A stretch of 64,000 bases of DNA from an uncultured Acidobacteriota bacterium (GCA_963758195.1 CAVWUH010000002.1:715618-779617), one strand, 5' to 3'; counted from the first letter of the stretch, positions 29,118 to 41,550 are shown. Numbers and translations are program-made. Notes: a model not told the origin generated them from the sequence alone.

Positions 29118-30607
29118 ATGACCGCCATCGAACAATCAACCCCTACCCGCTATCCCGACGTGCGCAACTACATCGGAGGAACGTTCGTCGAGCCCGAACG
29201 TGATGGGCATCTCGACGTCACGAATCCGACCGACGGGACATTGCTCTCGCGCGTGCCGCTGTCGGGGATGGCCGAGGTCGACCGGGCGGTGGAGGCGGCG
29301 AAGAAAGCGCAGCCGGGATGGGCGGCGACGCCGATCAAGGAGCGCGTGCAGGTCTTCTACCGATACAAGGCGCTGCTCGAGAAGAACATCGACGAGCTCG
29401 CGGCGCTCGTGACCGAGGAGAACGGGAAGATCCGCAGCGAGGCGCGCGGCGGAAGTGCTCAAGTCGGCGGAGCTCTGCGAGTTCGCCTGCTCGCTGCCGC
29501 AGATCATCCCCGGCGAAGTGCTCGAAGTTTCGCGCGGCGTCGAGTGCCGCGTCGAGCGTTATCCGGTCGGCGTCGTCGCCTCGATCACGCCGTTCAACTT
29601 CCCGAACATGGTTCCGAACTGGACGATCCCCAACGCGATCGCCCTCGGCAACTGCATGATCCTCAAGCCGTCCGAGCTGGTGCCGCTCAGCGCGGGCCGC
29701 ATCGCCGAGCTGCTGCGCGAAGCCGGACTGCCCGACGGCGTGCTTCAACGTCGTGCACGGCGGACAGGAGACGGTCGAAGCGATCTGCGATCATCCCGGC
29801 ATCGAAGCGATCAGCTTCGTCGGCTCGACGAAGGTCGCGAAGATCGTCTATCGCCGCGGCTCCGCGAATCTCAAGCGCGTGCTCGCGCTCGGCGGCGCGA
29901 AGAATCACCTCATCGTCATGCCCGACGCCGAGCCGGAGATGACGTCGAACAACGTCGTCGCGTCGATGTCGGGCTGCGCCGGCCAGCGCTGCATGGCGGC
30001 GTCGGTGATGATGGCCGTCGGCGACGACGGATCACATCATCGAGCGGATGGCGAACATCGTCGCGCGCGATGGTGCCCGGCGAGCACCTCGGGCCGGTGA
30101 TCTCGGCGGCGGCGAAGGAGCGCATCGAGCGCTACATCACCGAGGCCGAGAAGGCGGGCGCGAAGGTGCTCGTCGATGGCCGCGGCTACGTCGTGCCGGG
30201 CAAGGAAGGCGGCTACTACGTCGGCCCGACGCTCATCGATCACGTCACGCCCGACATGCGCATCGCGCAGGAAGAGGTCTTCGGTCCGGTGATGGTGATC
30301 ATCCGCGCGAAGGACGTCGACGAGGCGCTGGCGGTGCAGCATGCGCTCGCCGTACGGCAACGCGGCCTCGGTCTTCACCGAGAGCGGCGGCGTCGCGCGT
30401 TACGTGATGGAGAACGCCAGCGCCGGCATGGTCGGCGTCAACGTCGGCGTCCCGGTGCCGCGCGAGCCGTTCGGCTTCGGCGGCTGGAACGAATCGAAGT
30501 TCGGCGTCGGCGACATCACCGGCCGCGGCTCGATCGAGTTCTGGACGAAGGCGAAGAAGATGACGACGAAGTGGAACAAGGAAGCGGGCGTGAACTGGAT
30601 GTCGTAA
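29118..30607 (+). pseudogene. mmsA: CoA-acylating methylmalonate-semialdehyde dehydrogenase, with four or more frameshifts
   Basis: ALDH segments are spread over three frames: N-terminus MTAIEQSTPTRYPDVRNYIGGTFV; VLKSAELCEFACSLPQ...ITPFNFP; VHGGQETVEAICDHP...LGGAKNHLIVMPDA...SGCAGQRCMAAS (catalytic Cys); EEVFGPVM; NPYGNAASVFTESGG. Confidence 0.8.
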
Positions 30608-30609
30608 TC

Positions 30610-30642
30610 GGTTGCTGGTTGTCGGTTGTCGGTTGTCTGCGG
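30610..30642. repeat. single-arm heptamer array (ggttgtc/ggttgct)x4 adjacent to family-2 copy c
   Basis: ggttgctggttgtcggttgtcggttgtctgcgg. No complementary arm was found within 150 nt. Confidence 0.5.
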
Positions 30643-30702
30643 TGATCGATCGCTGGTCAGTGTTTGTGAACGGCACACCTCCATGTAGCGAGGGGCACCT
30701 AT

Positions 30703-30802
30703 GGACCGCCGGCGTCCTCGCCGGCTGGGCGAGCGGCGTCCCGCCGCTCGCGGGCGGGCGTCGAGACGACGCCGCCCCAGCCGCCGAGACGGCGGCGGTC
30801 CA
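30703..30802. repeat. Family-2 element, copy c
   Basis: About 95% identical to copy a. A single (ggttgtc)n heptamer array lies 60 nt upstream at 30610-30642. Confidence 0.85.
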
Positions 30803-30808
30803 GCCGTT

Positions 30809-31228
30809 CTACTCCATGCGTTCGAAGAATGTGTCGATGGCGCCGAGGTCTTCGACGTAGACGCCGTGGACGCGGGCGCCGAACGCGCTGCTGCCGTTGA
30901 ATACGCGGTTCGCGAACGAGCCGGTGATGGTGCGAGTGCTGCCGTCGTCGAAGCTTGCGCGGGCCGTGAAATCGGCGCCGGTCACTTCGATGCCGTTCAG
31001 CACGGCCACGCGTCCCATCTCGACGTAATTGCCGCGCAGCCTGCCGTCCGGCGCGACTTCGAGCACGAGGCCGTACGACTCACTCGGACCGCGGTAACTG
31101 CCTGCGTAGCCGGCGGTCGACTTCACGACCGGCTCGAACCGCTTGTCCTTCGACTTCGACTTCTCTTTCTCCGCGTAGGCCGCGGACGCAACGACGATCA
31201 TCAACAACACCACGACGAGCTTGCGCAT
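30809..31228 (-). CDS. secreted hypothetical protein
   Basis: Signal peptide MRKLVVVLLMIVVASAAYA and a Lys-rich linker. No domain recognised. Confidence 0.5.
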   Translation of the reverse strand: MRKLVVVLLMIVVASAAYAEKEKSKSKDKRFEPVVKSTAGYAGSYRGPSESYGLVLEVAPDGRLRGNYVEMGRVAVLNGIEVTGADFTARASFDDGSTRTITGSFANRVFNGSSAFGARVHGVYVEDLGAIDTFFERME

Positions 31229-31264
31229 CGATCCCTCCGGAGACTGGTCATTGGTCAGTCATTG

Positions 31265-31342
31265 AGGCAGTTCGCATCGGGAGTCGTCAGGAACAGGAGC
31301 CGATTCCTCTTTCCTGCCGACTGCGTTCTGCGAACTGCCTTG
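31265..31342. repeat. Hairpin H9 (gaggcagttcgca ... tgcgaactgccttg, with a nested inner stem)
   Basis: Outer 13-bp perfect stem and an inner caggaacaggag/ctcctctttcctg imperfect stem. Lies 3' of the NCS1 gene. Confidence 0.6.
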
Positions 31343-31447
31343 TGGATAGATACGCACAACCGGGCAAAGAGTTAGCCCTGTTGCGAAGCCGTTCCCGAAG
31401 TTGTGGGAGCGTTGACGCGAACGTTCAATCGCCGTGCGGATGTTTCG

Positions 31448-32952
31448 CTACGCCTCCATCGGCACGACGACCGCGGGCGGCATGGCCTTCATCAGCAACG
31501 CGTGCAACGCGAAGGCAACGCCGAAGCCGACGAACCAGGCGTAGTCGTAGAGCGCCGTGCAGCGACGGGACGAAGAGGCCGATCCAGGCGAAGAAGCAGC
31601 CGGCCAGCGTGGCCACGACCGCGCGCCAGTTCCATCCCGCCGTGTACGGTAGACGCCCTGCTCGCGATAGAGATCGGCGAGCGCGAGCTTCTTCTTGCGC
31701 ACGATCCAGTAGTCGGCGATCAGCACGCCGGCGATCGAGCCGAGGCCGCCGGAGTAGCCGAGCAGCCAGGTGAAGATGTAGCCGGACGGATCGGCGAGCA
31801 GCCGCCACGGCATGCATCAGCGATGCCGAGGATGCCGGTGATCAGGCCGCCGGTGCTTGAAGCGTGATCGAGCTGCGGGAACGCGTTCGCGAAATCGTTC
31901 GCCGGCGAGACGACGTTCGCGGCGATGTTCACCGCGAGCGTCGCGACGACGACGGTGAACATCGAGATCGCGACGACGACCGGCGTGCGTGAAGTGGCCG
32001 ACGAGCTTGACCGGATCCCAGATCGCCTCGCCGTAGATGATCGCGGTCGCGCTGCGTGATCATCACGCCCATCGCCGCGAACACGATCATCGTCGTCGGC
32101 AGCGCGACGACCTGGCCGACGATCTGCTCGCGCTGGCTGCGGCCGAAGCGCGTGAAGTCGGGCATGTTGAGCGAGAGCGTCGCCCAGAAGCCGATCATCG
32201 CCGTCAGCGACGGGACGAAGACCGGCCAGAACTCGCCGAGCGTGTGGAACTTGCCCGGCTGCGTCAAGCAGCGGCCCGAGGCCGTGCGCGCGCCGACACG
32301 GCCCACCACGAGCAGCGCGCCGTCATCACGAGCACGAACGGCGCCGCCCAGTTCTCGACGTGGCGCAGCAGGTCCATGCCGCGATAGATGATGAAGATGT
32401 TCAGCCCCCAGAACAGCAGGAACGAGAGCCACTCCGTCGTCGTGTGGCCGCCGAACGCCGGCGCCGAGGAGCGTCGTGCCAGCCGGGAATGACCGATCGC
32501 GAAGAACGTGTGCAGCGCCTCGCCGCCGATCCAGGCCTGGATGCCGAACCAGCCGCAGGCGACGAGCGCGCGCATCAGCGCCGGGAGGTTCGAGCCGATC
32601 GGTGCCGTAGCGCGGCGCGCGCGAACACCGGGAACGGGATGCCGTACTTCGTGCCCGGGATGCGAGTTGAGCAGGATCGGCACGAGCACGATCGTGTTGC
32701 CGAGCGAGGATCGTGACGAGCGCCTGCCACCAGTTCATGCCCGGCGCCGATCAGCCCCGACGCGAGCATGTAGGTCGGGATGCAGTGCGCCATGCAGATC
32801 CACAGCGCGGCGTAGTTGTAGGTCGTCCAGTTGCGCTGCGCGATCGGCACCGGCGCGAGGTCGTCGTTGTAGAGGCGGCTTGCTTCGATGGAGGTGTGAC
32901 TGCGCAGCTCCACACGGCCGTCCGCGTGACGGATCACTTCATCGTTCATCGG
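31448..32952 (-). pseudogene. NCS1-family nucleobase/hydantoin/allantoin:cation symporter, with multiple frameshifts
   Basis: N-terminus MNDEVIRHADGRVELRSHT...LYNDDLAPVPIAQRNWTTYNYAALWI is typical of NCS1. Transmembrane segments are scattered over all three minus-strand frames (31448-31813, 31720-31962, 31929-32738, 32264-32689, 32575-32991). Confidence 0.7.
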
Positions 32953-33020
32953 CATGCACGCGATTGTACCGCTCTGCTTTGGAGCGTACACTCCTCCCTT
33001 TCCACGAGATAGGAGACGCC

Positions 33021-34146
33021 ATGGCCGAGTTGTCGACGACGTTTACCGGACTTAAATTCGCAAATCCTTACCTCCTCGCCTCGGCACCGCCGACGGAGTC
33101 GGATTCGAACATCATCCGCGCCTTCGAAGCCGGTTGGGGCGGAGTCGTGACCAAGACCATCGGCCTGCATCCGGTCATGAACGTCAAGGGCCCGAAGACG
33201 AAGTTCCTGCGCGCCGAAAACAACGGCACGCAGCTGTCGATGAACAAGCGCCCCGACACGACGCTCATGGCGTCGTGGAACTGGGAGCTGATCTCCGACA
33301 AGCCGCTCGACTGGTGGATCGGCAAGCTCGCGCGCATCAAGAAGCAGTTCCCCGATCGCGTGCTCGTCGCCTCGATCATGGCCGGTTCCGGCAACGACAA
33401 GGAGCTGCACAACTGGCAGACGCTGGCCAAGGCATGTCAGGACGAGGGAGCGGACGCGCTGGAGCTCAACTTCTCCTGCCCGCACATGGATCGCGTCGAC
33501 ATGGGCTCGAACGTCGGCAAGGACAAGGTGCTCTGCTCCGTCGTCACGCAGGCGGTAAAGGAAGTCGCGACCATCCCGGTCTGGGTGAAGCTCACGCCGG
33601 CGACGTCCAACATCGTCGAAGAAGCCGCAGGCGACGTTCCTCGGCGGCGCCGACGCCGTCTGTTCGTCGAACACCTTGCCGTCGCTCCCCGTGATCGATC
33701 CGCAAACGCTCGACTTCGAGATGAACGTCGAGGGCTTCGTCTCCCCCGGCGGCCTCGGCGGACCGGCGATTCTCCCGCTCTCGATGGCCAAGATGGCGCA
33801 GATGACGAAAGCGTTTCCCGATCGCGCTTTCTCCGGCATCGGCGGCGTCTCGACCTTCGAGCACGCGCTCAACTACTTCCTCCTCGGCTGCGGCACGGTG
33901 CAGGTCTGCACCGCGGCGATGCTCGATCACGCCATCGGCCCGAACGTGATCAAGACCCTTCTCGCCGGCATGACCGAGTTCATGGATCAACGCGGCTATG
34001 CCTCGCTCGAAGATTTCCGCGGCATCCGCCGCGATCGCGTCGTCCCGCATTCGCAGATCAAACGCCCCGACACGTCCGACTACCGCGGCGGCTACGCCGA
34101 GGATCAGGAAGGCTACGCAGCGCCGGTCACGCCGGTCACGGCGTAA
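33021..34146 (+). CDS. dihydroorotate-dehydrogenase-family flavoprotein (PydA/PreA-like dihydropyrimidine dehydrogenase catalytic subunit), carrying a single frameshift
   Basis: DHOD/DPD motifs FANPYLLASAPPT, GWGGVVTKT, LELNFSCPH, PVWVKLTP, then (second frame from about 33650) SGIGGVSTFEHALNYFLLGCGTVQVCTA. Good RBS (aggagacgccATG). No C-terminal 4Fe-4S domain. Confidence 0.75.
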
Positions 34147-34153
34147 TTTTGTT

Positions 34154-34260
34154 GGAGCGCAGGCTTCCAGCCTGCCGGTCCGCCGGCATCTTGCCGGCAG
34201 TCCTCGCGAGTGCGTACCGGCTGGAAGCCGGTGGACCGGCAGGCTGGAAGCCTGCGCTCC
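34154..34260. repeat. Family-5 palindrome (GGAGCGCAGGCTTCCAGCCTGCCGGTCCGCCGGC...GCCGGCTGGAAGCCGGTGGACCGGCAGGCTGGAAGCCTGCGCTCC)
   Basis: Full inverted-repeat copy 3' of the PydA-like gene. A half copy lies at 63054-63097 and a short related hairpin at 19628-19672. Confidence 0.8.
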
Positions 34261-34267
34261 GACGGAA

Positions 34268-35143
34268 CTACCGCGCGATGGCTTCGATCTCGAGCAACAG
34301 ATCCGCGCGGCAGATGTCTGCTTCGAGATAGAGATTCGCGGCGAACACGCTCTCCAGCTTGCGCGCGATCAACTCGTAATCAGCAGCGCGTCGCACGTAC
34401 GTCTTCGCGGAGACCACGTTCGCGAGCGAGCGTCCCGTCTGCGCCAGCACGGCGTCGATGTTCCGCAGCGTCTCCTCGAGTTGCGTGTCGACATCGCCGG
34501 CATGCACGGTCAGATGACCGACAACGCTCGACGTGCCCGACACGAACACCGTCCCATTCCACACCGTCGCGCGTGAGAACGATGGGCTCTTGGGACCGTA
34601 GCGCGCGGGGTAATCGTAGGCCGCAACCTGTCGCGGATTCTCGACCTGCAGCCCGGGCTCGCGCGCGGCGAGGTAGTACGCAACGAAACCGCGTCCCGGC
34701 ACGCCGACCGCGCTCGCCGCGGGAAGATCGACGTCGTGGTGATAGCCCGCTTCGACGAACGCGTCGTGACGTCCGGCGCAGAAGAGCTGATAGCGCTCGC
34801 GCCCTTCGTCCAGCTCATTGATGCCGCCGAGGTAGTTCCAGATGCGAAGAAAGTACGGGTATCCCGACTCGCGCGTCTCGCGGATCATGCGCACGTAGGC
34901 CTCGCGCGCGATCTGTTCGATCGGCAGAGATCCGTCGATCGTCACCGAGCCGAACGTCACCCCGTCGGGCAGCGGCCACTCTTCGATCAGAGAAGTTCCG
35001 CCGAGCTGGCGCACCGGTACGTGCAAAGCGTCGCGCAGCGCGTCGCCATAGGCGATCGCCACCGGCGCGCCATTGCGCGACGACACATAGCGCGGCGCCA
35101 GCCCACTTGCCGCCGAGGGTACCCACCGATCCTGGACCCGCAC
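34268..35143 (-). CDS. RidA/YjgF-domain protein with N-terminal extension (chorismatase FkbO/Hyg5-like)
   Basis: C-terminal ~110 aa has the RidA-type fold (TVWNGTVFVSGTSS...AKTYV). The ~180-aa N-terminal domain matches the two-domain chorismatase-like layout. Confidence 0.5.
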   Translation of the reverse strand: MRVQDRWVPSAASGLAPRYVSSRNGAPVAIAYGDALRDALHVPVRQLGGTSLIEEWPLPDGVTFGSVTIDGSLPIEQIAREAYVRMIRETRESGYPYFLRIWNYLGGINELDEGRERYQLFCAGRHDAFVEAGYHHDVDLPAASAVGVPGRGFVAYYLAAREPGLQVENPRQVAAYDYPARYGPKSPSFSRATVWNGTVFVSGTSSVVGHLTVHAGDVDTQLEETLRNIDAVLAQTGRSLANVVSAKTYVRRAADYELIARKLESVFAANLYLEADICRADLLLEIEAIAR

Positions 35144-35175
35144 GGAGCAAGCATACCAACGTTAGAATGTCGCAC

Positions 35176-36560
<1,385 letters not shown>

Positions 36561-36699
36561 TTCGCGTCGGACGGCCGGTAAACGGTAGACAGGAAACAGG
36601 GGACGATTGCCCGTCCCGTTCATACCTCTCATAAGAGTCAGAACCACTGACTCGCTCTGGCTTGACAAGACGGACATGCGGAATTAGCTTTTTTCCGTC

Positions 36700-37347
36700 A
36701 TGAAAATACTGTCCGCTTTGTTGCTGCTGATCTCCGTGGATGCATTCGGCGCAAACCCCAAGGCAAAGGCGCCATGGGAGTGGACGACAGAGGAACGACT
36801 CACGGTTCGCGCGGATGCTTCTAAGGCTGCTGAACGATTTTCGCGAAGCGAGCAAGGTGGAGGCCGCGTCCAGACTCTTGGTGCGCGGTCCCGCGTGGTT
36901 GACGTGATCGACGGGAAGGTCAATCCTGAATTGTTTCTTCCTCATGAGCTTTTCGAGTCGTTCATTGAGAGATGTTTTGTGATCAAGGACCGTCAGGTCT
37001 GGCGCGATGCGCACGAGCCGCAACTCATCGGTCTGGGATTCCCGGAAGATGTCTGGACTCGGATCGAGAAACTCGCGGGACTTTACCTTGACGATCTTAA
37101 GAGCAACCACGCGACACTGATCGCCGCCACGGATGAAGAAACGCGGCTTCGGGCGAACGAACAAGTAGCAAGCACGTTCCCGGCACTCTGCCACGATCGT
37201 GCGGTGGCATTGGCCGCGGTCCGCCACGAGCTCGGTCCCGCATTCGACCGCTTTCTCTATCAATATTGCGCGCCCATGCGATCCTCGTATCTCGAGGAGC
37301 TCACGAACCCCACGATCGCGCTTTCACTCGAGCGTGGATGCAAATGA
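36700..37347 (+). CDS. secreted hypothetical protein (low-GC islet)
   Basis: Signal peptide MKILSALLLLISVDAFG. No recognisable domain. Local GC about 52-55% against about 68% in the flanks. Confidence 0.5.
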   Translation: MKILSALLLLISVDAFGANPKAKAPWEWTTEERLTVRADASKAAERFSRSEQGGGRVQTLGARSRVVDVIDGKVNPELFLPHELFESFIERCFVIKDRQVWRDAHEPQLIGLGFPEDVWTRIEKLAGLYLDDLKSNHATLIAATDEETRLRANEQVASTFPALCHDRAVALAAVRHELGPAFDRFLYQYCAPMRSSYLEELTNPTIALSLERGCK

Positions 37348-38306
37348 TTCGGCGCCGCCTCGCCCTCATCGGGTTACTTCTGCCTCTCTTCGGCAAGGTT
37401 GACGCCGGACAAGTAAATGCCGAAGTGAATTTGACAATACAGTCGACCGGCGGCCTCCGGTCGAGCGGATATCTCACATACACGAGCATCTTTGGGAACT
37501 CGACCTCCGAGCACGTGAGTTATGTGCATTTCATCCAGAACTACGACGCCTACTCCACAGGGCAAGGCAACACGCCGCTGAGCAACGTCATACACAGCGG
37601 AACAGCACCAACCCCACCTTTTTGCTATCGCGCGAAGCTTGACGCGACCGCGGACGATTCCGAGGCCCACGGAACGAGCGACGACGAATTTTGTTACGAC
37701 GGGCCCCCTTCACCCGGCGGCGGAACGGATGAACCTAACGACGGTTGCCCAGCAAGTCTTCCAAATTGCAACAATTCGCCGATCCTTCTCGACATCGGCG
37801 GAACCGGCTACCACTTGACCTCCGTCACAGACGGTGTGTTGTTTGACCTCAGAAACGAAGGACGGCGAATCCATGTGGCATGGACGCGCGCCGACAAAGA
37901 GATCGCGTTTCTGGCACTTGACCGCAACGGCGACGGCCGCATTGACAATGGCTCGGAGCTCTTCGGCAATGCCACGCCGCTCCGCTCCGGCGCACTGGCG
38001 GCGAACGGTTTTGTCGCACTCGCCGAGTTCGACGACAATCAAGATCTGCAAATCGACTCAATCGATGCGGCGTGGGCGGTGCTTCTACTGTGGACCGATC
38101 GCAACCACGACGGCAAGTCACAGCCTGACGAATTGCAACCGATCGCCGATAGTGACGTCATGTCGCTCGCCACGGATTATCGGACCATACGGAGGAGAGA
38201 TCCCTGGGGCAATGTGTTCCGCTATGCATCCAAATTTCTCATCGAAAAGCATGGCGTCGCGCACAAACGTGTCTGCTACGACGTGTTGTTGAGTAACCAG
38301 CAGTAA
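37338..38306 (+). CDS. secreted hypothetical protein with EF-hand/dockerin-like Ca-binding motifs (low-GC islet)
   Basis: Signal peptide MQMIRRRLALIGLLLPLFG. Two DxNxDGxID-like loops (DRNGDGRIDNGSE, DRNHDGKSQPDE). The start overlaps the upstream gene's end. Confidence 0.5.
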   Translation: MQMIRRRLALIGLLLPLFGKVDAGQVNAEVNLTIQSTGGLRSSGYLTYTSIFGNSTSEHVSYVHFIQNYDAYSTGQGNTPLSNVIHSGTAPTPPFCYRAKLDATADDSEAHGTSDDEFCYDGPPSPGGGTDEPNDGCPASLPNCNNSPILLDIGGTGYHLTSVTDGVLFDLRNEGRRIHVAWTRADKEIAFLALDRNGDGRIDNGSELFGNATPLRSGALAANGFVALAEFDDNQDLQIDSIDAAWAVLLLWTDRNHDGKSQPDELQPIADSDVMSLATDYRTIRRRDPWGNVFRYASKFLIEKHGVAHKRVCYDVLLSNQQ

Positions 38307-38421
38307 CGGGACGCGTCATCACCCGCCTGCCGCTCGCCAGGACGAAGCCTCCTCTCCCAACCCGTGTATCCTCCTGCGCCAAGTGCCACTGGCCCATACC
38401 TTCTCTCCCCTTCCACGGAAC

Positions 38422-39651
38422 ATGAAGCCCACGCTGATCGCGCTCGCCTTCGGCTTTGCGTTGGGGATTCCCGCGTCGTTCCTTTCGTCTTCGCACGTTG
38501 CCACGTACGTCGATGGCGCGGCAGCGATCGGCGGGTGGTGGGCCGCGGGGCTGCGGTTGATCGTCATGCCGCTCATCGTCTGCCTTCTGATCACCGGTCT
38601 CGCCGGTTCGAGCAGTCGTCTCGTAGGGCGTCTCGGCGCGATCTGCTTTGCGGTGTTCGTGGCGATGCTCGTCGTCGGCACGCTTCTCGGGTTGGTGCTG
38701 ACGCCGGCGCTCGTCCGCCTGCTGGGCGTTCCGCGCGGGGTGCTCGCCGTCGCGATGAGCTCTTCGCAGGCAAGCAATGCGGCGCCCGGCGGCGCGGCGA
38801 TCGTGCAGGCGATGCTGAACAATCAACTGCTGATGGTCATCGCCGTCACCGTGCTCTTCGCGCTGGCGATGACGCGCATCGCCGAGGAGAAGCGGAAGAC
38901 GCTCGTGGCCTTCTTTGATGCGGCGATGGCGACGATCGTCGTGATCCTCTCGTGGATCCTGCGGCTGATGCCTGCCGCGGTGTTCTTCCTCGCCTTCGCC
39001 ACTGCGGTGCGCAGCGGATTGTCGGCGGCGCGCGCGCTCATCTCGCTCGTGGCCATTGCCATTCTTCTGCTGGTGCTGTTCACGATCGCGATGTACGCCG
39101 TCGCCTCGATCTTCGGCCGCGTGTCCCTACGGCAATTCGCATCCGCGGCGCTGCCGGTGCAGATCGTCGCCGGCGGAACACGCTCGTCGCTGGCCTCGCT
39201 CCCCGCGCTGCTCGACGCCGGCGATCGCCTGGGACTGCCGGCGAGCGTGAACGCGTTCGTCATGCCGCTCTGCGTGTCGATCTTCAAGGTCAATCGCACG
39301 ATCACCGGCATGGTCTACCTGTTTTTCCTCGCGCACGTCTGCGGCGTCGAGCTCAACGTGCCGACGATCGTCGCCTACGCGGCGACCGGAATCATCCTCA
39401 GCTTCGCTTCGCCGGGAACGCCGGGCGCCGGCGTGCTCACTGCCACCGCGCCGTTGCTCGCAGCGGGCATTCCGATGGCGGCGATCGTGATGACGCAGGC
39501 GATGGACGATCTGCCCGATGTGTTCAAGACGATCGCCAACGTGACCGCGGACCTCGCCGCCGGCGCGGTCGTGGCCCGTTTCGCCGGCGCGGAAGAGATG
39601 ACTGGCGCGGACGACGCGACGATCCTCGTCGCCGAGCCGGACGCGGCCTGA
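38422..39651 (+). CDS. dicarboxylate/amino acid:cation symporter (DAACS/GltP family)
   Basis: Eight or more transmembrane helices. Motifs SSSQASNAAPGG and the re-entrant hairpin region PGTPGAGVLTATAP typical of DAACS. Confidence 0.8.
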   Translation: MKPTLIALAFGFALGIPASFLSSSHVATYVDGAAAIGGWWAAGLRLIVMPLIVCLLITGLAGSSSRLVGRLGAICFAVFVAMLVVGTLLGLVLTPALVRLLGVPRGVLAVAMSSSQASNAAPGGAAIVQAMLNNQLLMVIAVTVLFALAMTRIAEEKRKTLVAFFDAAMATIVVILSWILRLMPAAVFFLAFATAVRSGLSAARALISLVAIAILLLVLFTIAMYAVASIFGRVSLRQFASAALPVQIVAGGTRSSLASLPALLDAGDRLGLPASVNAFVMPLCVSIFKVNRTITGMVYLFFLAHVCGVELNVPTIVAYAATGIILSFASPGTPGAGVLTATAPLLAAGIPMAAIVMTQAMDDLPDVFKTIANVTADLAAGAVVARFAGAEEMTGADDATILVAEPDAA

Positions 39652-40536
39652 TGCCGATCCGCAAGATCGCCATCCTCCTGCACGAGCGCCATCGCGATGC
39701 GCTGTTGACCGCTTATCGCATCTGGGGACTCGCCGCACACTGGCGCAAGCGCGGCATCACCGTCGAGCCAATCTTGGGCATCGAGCGCGAGATCGACGCC
39801 GATCTGCTGATTCCGCATCTCGATCTCTCGTACATCCCCGACGATTACTGGGCGTTCCTGCAACGACATCCGAACGTCGTCAATCGCCGCGTGCGCGACA
39901 TCCGCAAGATCGCGATCAGCACGAATCTCGTGCAGCTCACCGATTCCTGGCAGGGACCCGTGATCGTGAAGACGAACCTCAACTATCGCGGCGTGATGGA
40001 CGCGCAACTCCTCGGCCCAACACGAACGTTCGCAAAGCGCATCGCCAATCGCATCACGGATCGCCTCGCCCGCCCCTCCTTCATCGAACGGAGATTCCTC
40101 GGCTGGCGCAGCACGCCGCATCGCTATCACATCTTTCGCAGCAAGCACGACGTTCCCCGCCCCGTCTGGACAAACGACGCGCTCGTCGTCGAACGCTTTC
40201 TCCCCGAGCGCCGCGGCAGGCAGTACGTGATGCGCATCTGGGCCTTCTTCGGCGATCGCGGCCAGAGCAAGGTGTTCTACGGCGACGATCCCTGGATCAA
40301 AGGGCAGAACTCCGAGATGCACGTCCTCGCCGATCCCCCTCCGCCCGCCATCGTCGAAGCCCGCCACCGCCTCGGTCTCGACTACGCCAAGATGGACTAC
40401 GTCCTTCACGACGGCGAGGCGGTGCTGATCGACGTCAACGTCACGCAAGGCCTGCGATTGCCGACCGAGCCGTCGATGCTCGAGCGATCGCGGCACATGG
40501 CGGACGGGTTGGCGTACTTCGAACGATCGCGGATCG
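39651..40536 (+). CDS. ATP-grasp-like hypothetical protein; no stop codon before the next gene
   Basis: Starts one nt inside the symporter stop (ctgATGc). Beta-rich motifs (GPVIVKTNLNYRG, YVMRIWAFFGDRG, EAVLIDVNVTQG) resemble an ATP-grasp fold. The reading frame continues through hairpin 40524-40624 into the downstream gene with no stop. Confidence 0.4.
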
Positions 40537-40624
40537 CAGATCGTGGATCGCAAAAGACGCCCCCATCACCGCGCGATGAAGAACATTTGCGCACCTGCGA
40601 TCCGCGATCTACGGTCCGCGATCT
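40524..40624. repeat. Heptamer-repeat hairpin H10 ((gatcgca) units), translated in frame between the ATP-grasp and beta-ureidopropionase genes
   Basis: gatcgcggatcgcagatcgtggatcgca ... tgcgatccgcgatctacggtccgcgatct. No stop codon occurs within or before it. Confidence 0.65.
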
Positions 40625-40671
40625 GAGGGTGGTAAGCTCTCCCGCACTTCAAAATCAGGAGCCAAAATTCA

Positions 40672-41543
40672 TGTCCCGTCTCGTGAAGTGCGGTCTCATT
40701 CAGACGTCTCTTGCGGCCGACGTATCGGAGTCGATCGAAACGATCCGCGATGCCCAGACCGAGCGGACGTTGAAGTACATCGAGCAGGCCGGGCAGGAAG
40801 GCGTGCAGATCCTCTGCCTGCAGGAGATCTTCAACGGCCCCTACTTCTGCGCCGAGCAGAACCCGCGCTGGTACGACGCGGCCGAGAAGATCCCCGACGG
40901 CCCGACCACGAAGCTGATGCAGGAGTACGCGAAGAAGTACAAGATGGTGATCGTCGTGCCGCTCTACGAAGAAGAGGAGACCGGGCGTCTACTACAACAC
41001 CGCCGCGGTCATCGACGCCGACGGCACGTACCTCGGCAAGTACCGCAAGAACCACATCCCGCACATCGCACCCGGCTTCTGGGAGAAGTACTACTTCCGC
41101 CCCGGCAACCTCGGCTATCCGGTCTTCGAGACGCGCGTACGCGAAGGTCGGCGTCTACATCTGCTACGACCGCCACTTCCCCGAGGGCGCGCGCGCGCTC
41201 GGGCTCGAACGGCGCGGAGATCGTCTTCAATCCGTCGGCGACCGTCGCCGGCCTCTCGCGAGTATCTCTGGAAGCTCGAGCAGCCGGCGCACGCCGTCGC
41301 CAACGGCTACTTCGTCGGCGCGATCAACCGCGTCGGCACCGAAGCGCCCTGGAACATCGGCGAGTTCTACGGCCAGAGCTACTTCTCGATCCGCGCGGCA
41401 AGATCCTCGCGATCGGCGAGCGCGACAAGGACGAGCTCGTCGTCGCCGAGCTCGACCTCGACAAGATCCGCGAAGTGCGCAACACGTGGCAGTTCTATCG
41501 CGATCGCCGGCCGGAGACGTACACGGGAATCGTCAAACTGTAG
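40672..41543 (+). pseudogene. beta-ureidopropionase / N-carbamoyl-amino-acid amidohydrolase (nitrilase superfamily), with three or more frameshifts
   Basis: RBS aggagccaaaattcATG. CN-hydrolase motifs in three frames: LCLQEIFNGPYFC (catalytic Glu region), YRKNHIP...KVGVYICYDRHFPE (catalytic Lys and Cys), and GAEIVFNPSA...FYGQSYF...ELDLDKIREVR. Confidence 0.75.
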
Positions 41544-41550
41544 AACGGCA

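Noticed and set aside
36566-36620. Possible additional heptamer hairpin 3' of the dihydropyrimidinase gene (ggtaaacggtagacaggaaacagggg...cccgtcccgttc)
   Set aside because: Only about 6 bp of complementarity and no clear tandem unit. It is too weak to call as a member of the family.
38952-41543. 863-aa ORF suggesting a single ATP-grasp/beta-ureidopropionase fusion protein
   Set aside because: The 5' third is the wrong frame for the symporter region. The link to the beta-ureidopropionase is formed only by read-through of repeat hairpin H10. The nitrilase part has its own RBS and ATG at 40672 and is itself frameshifted. I treat these as separate genes whose boundary is obscured.
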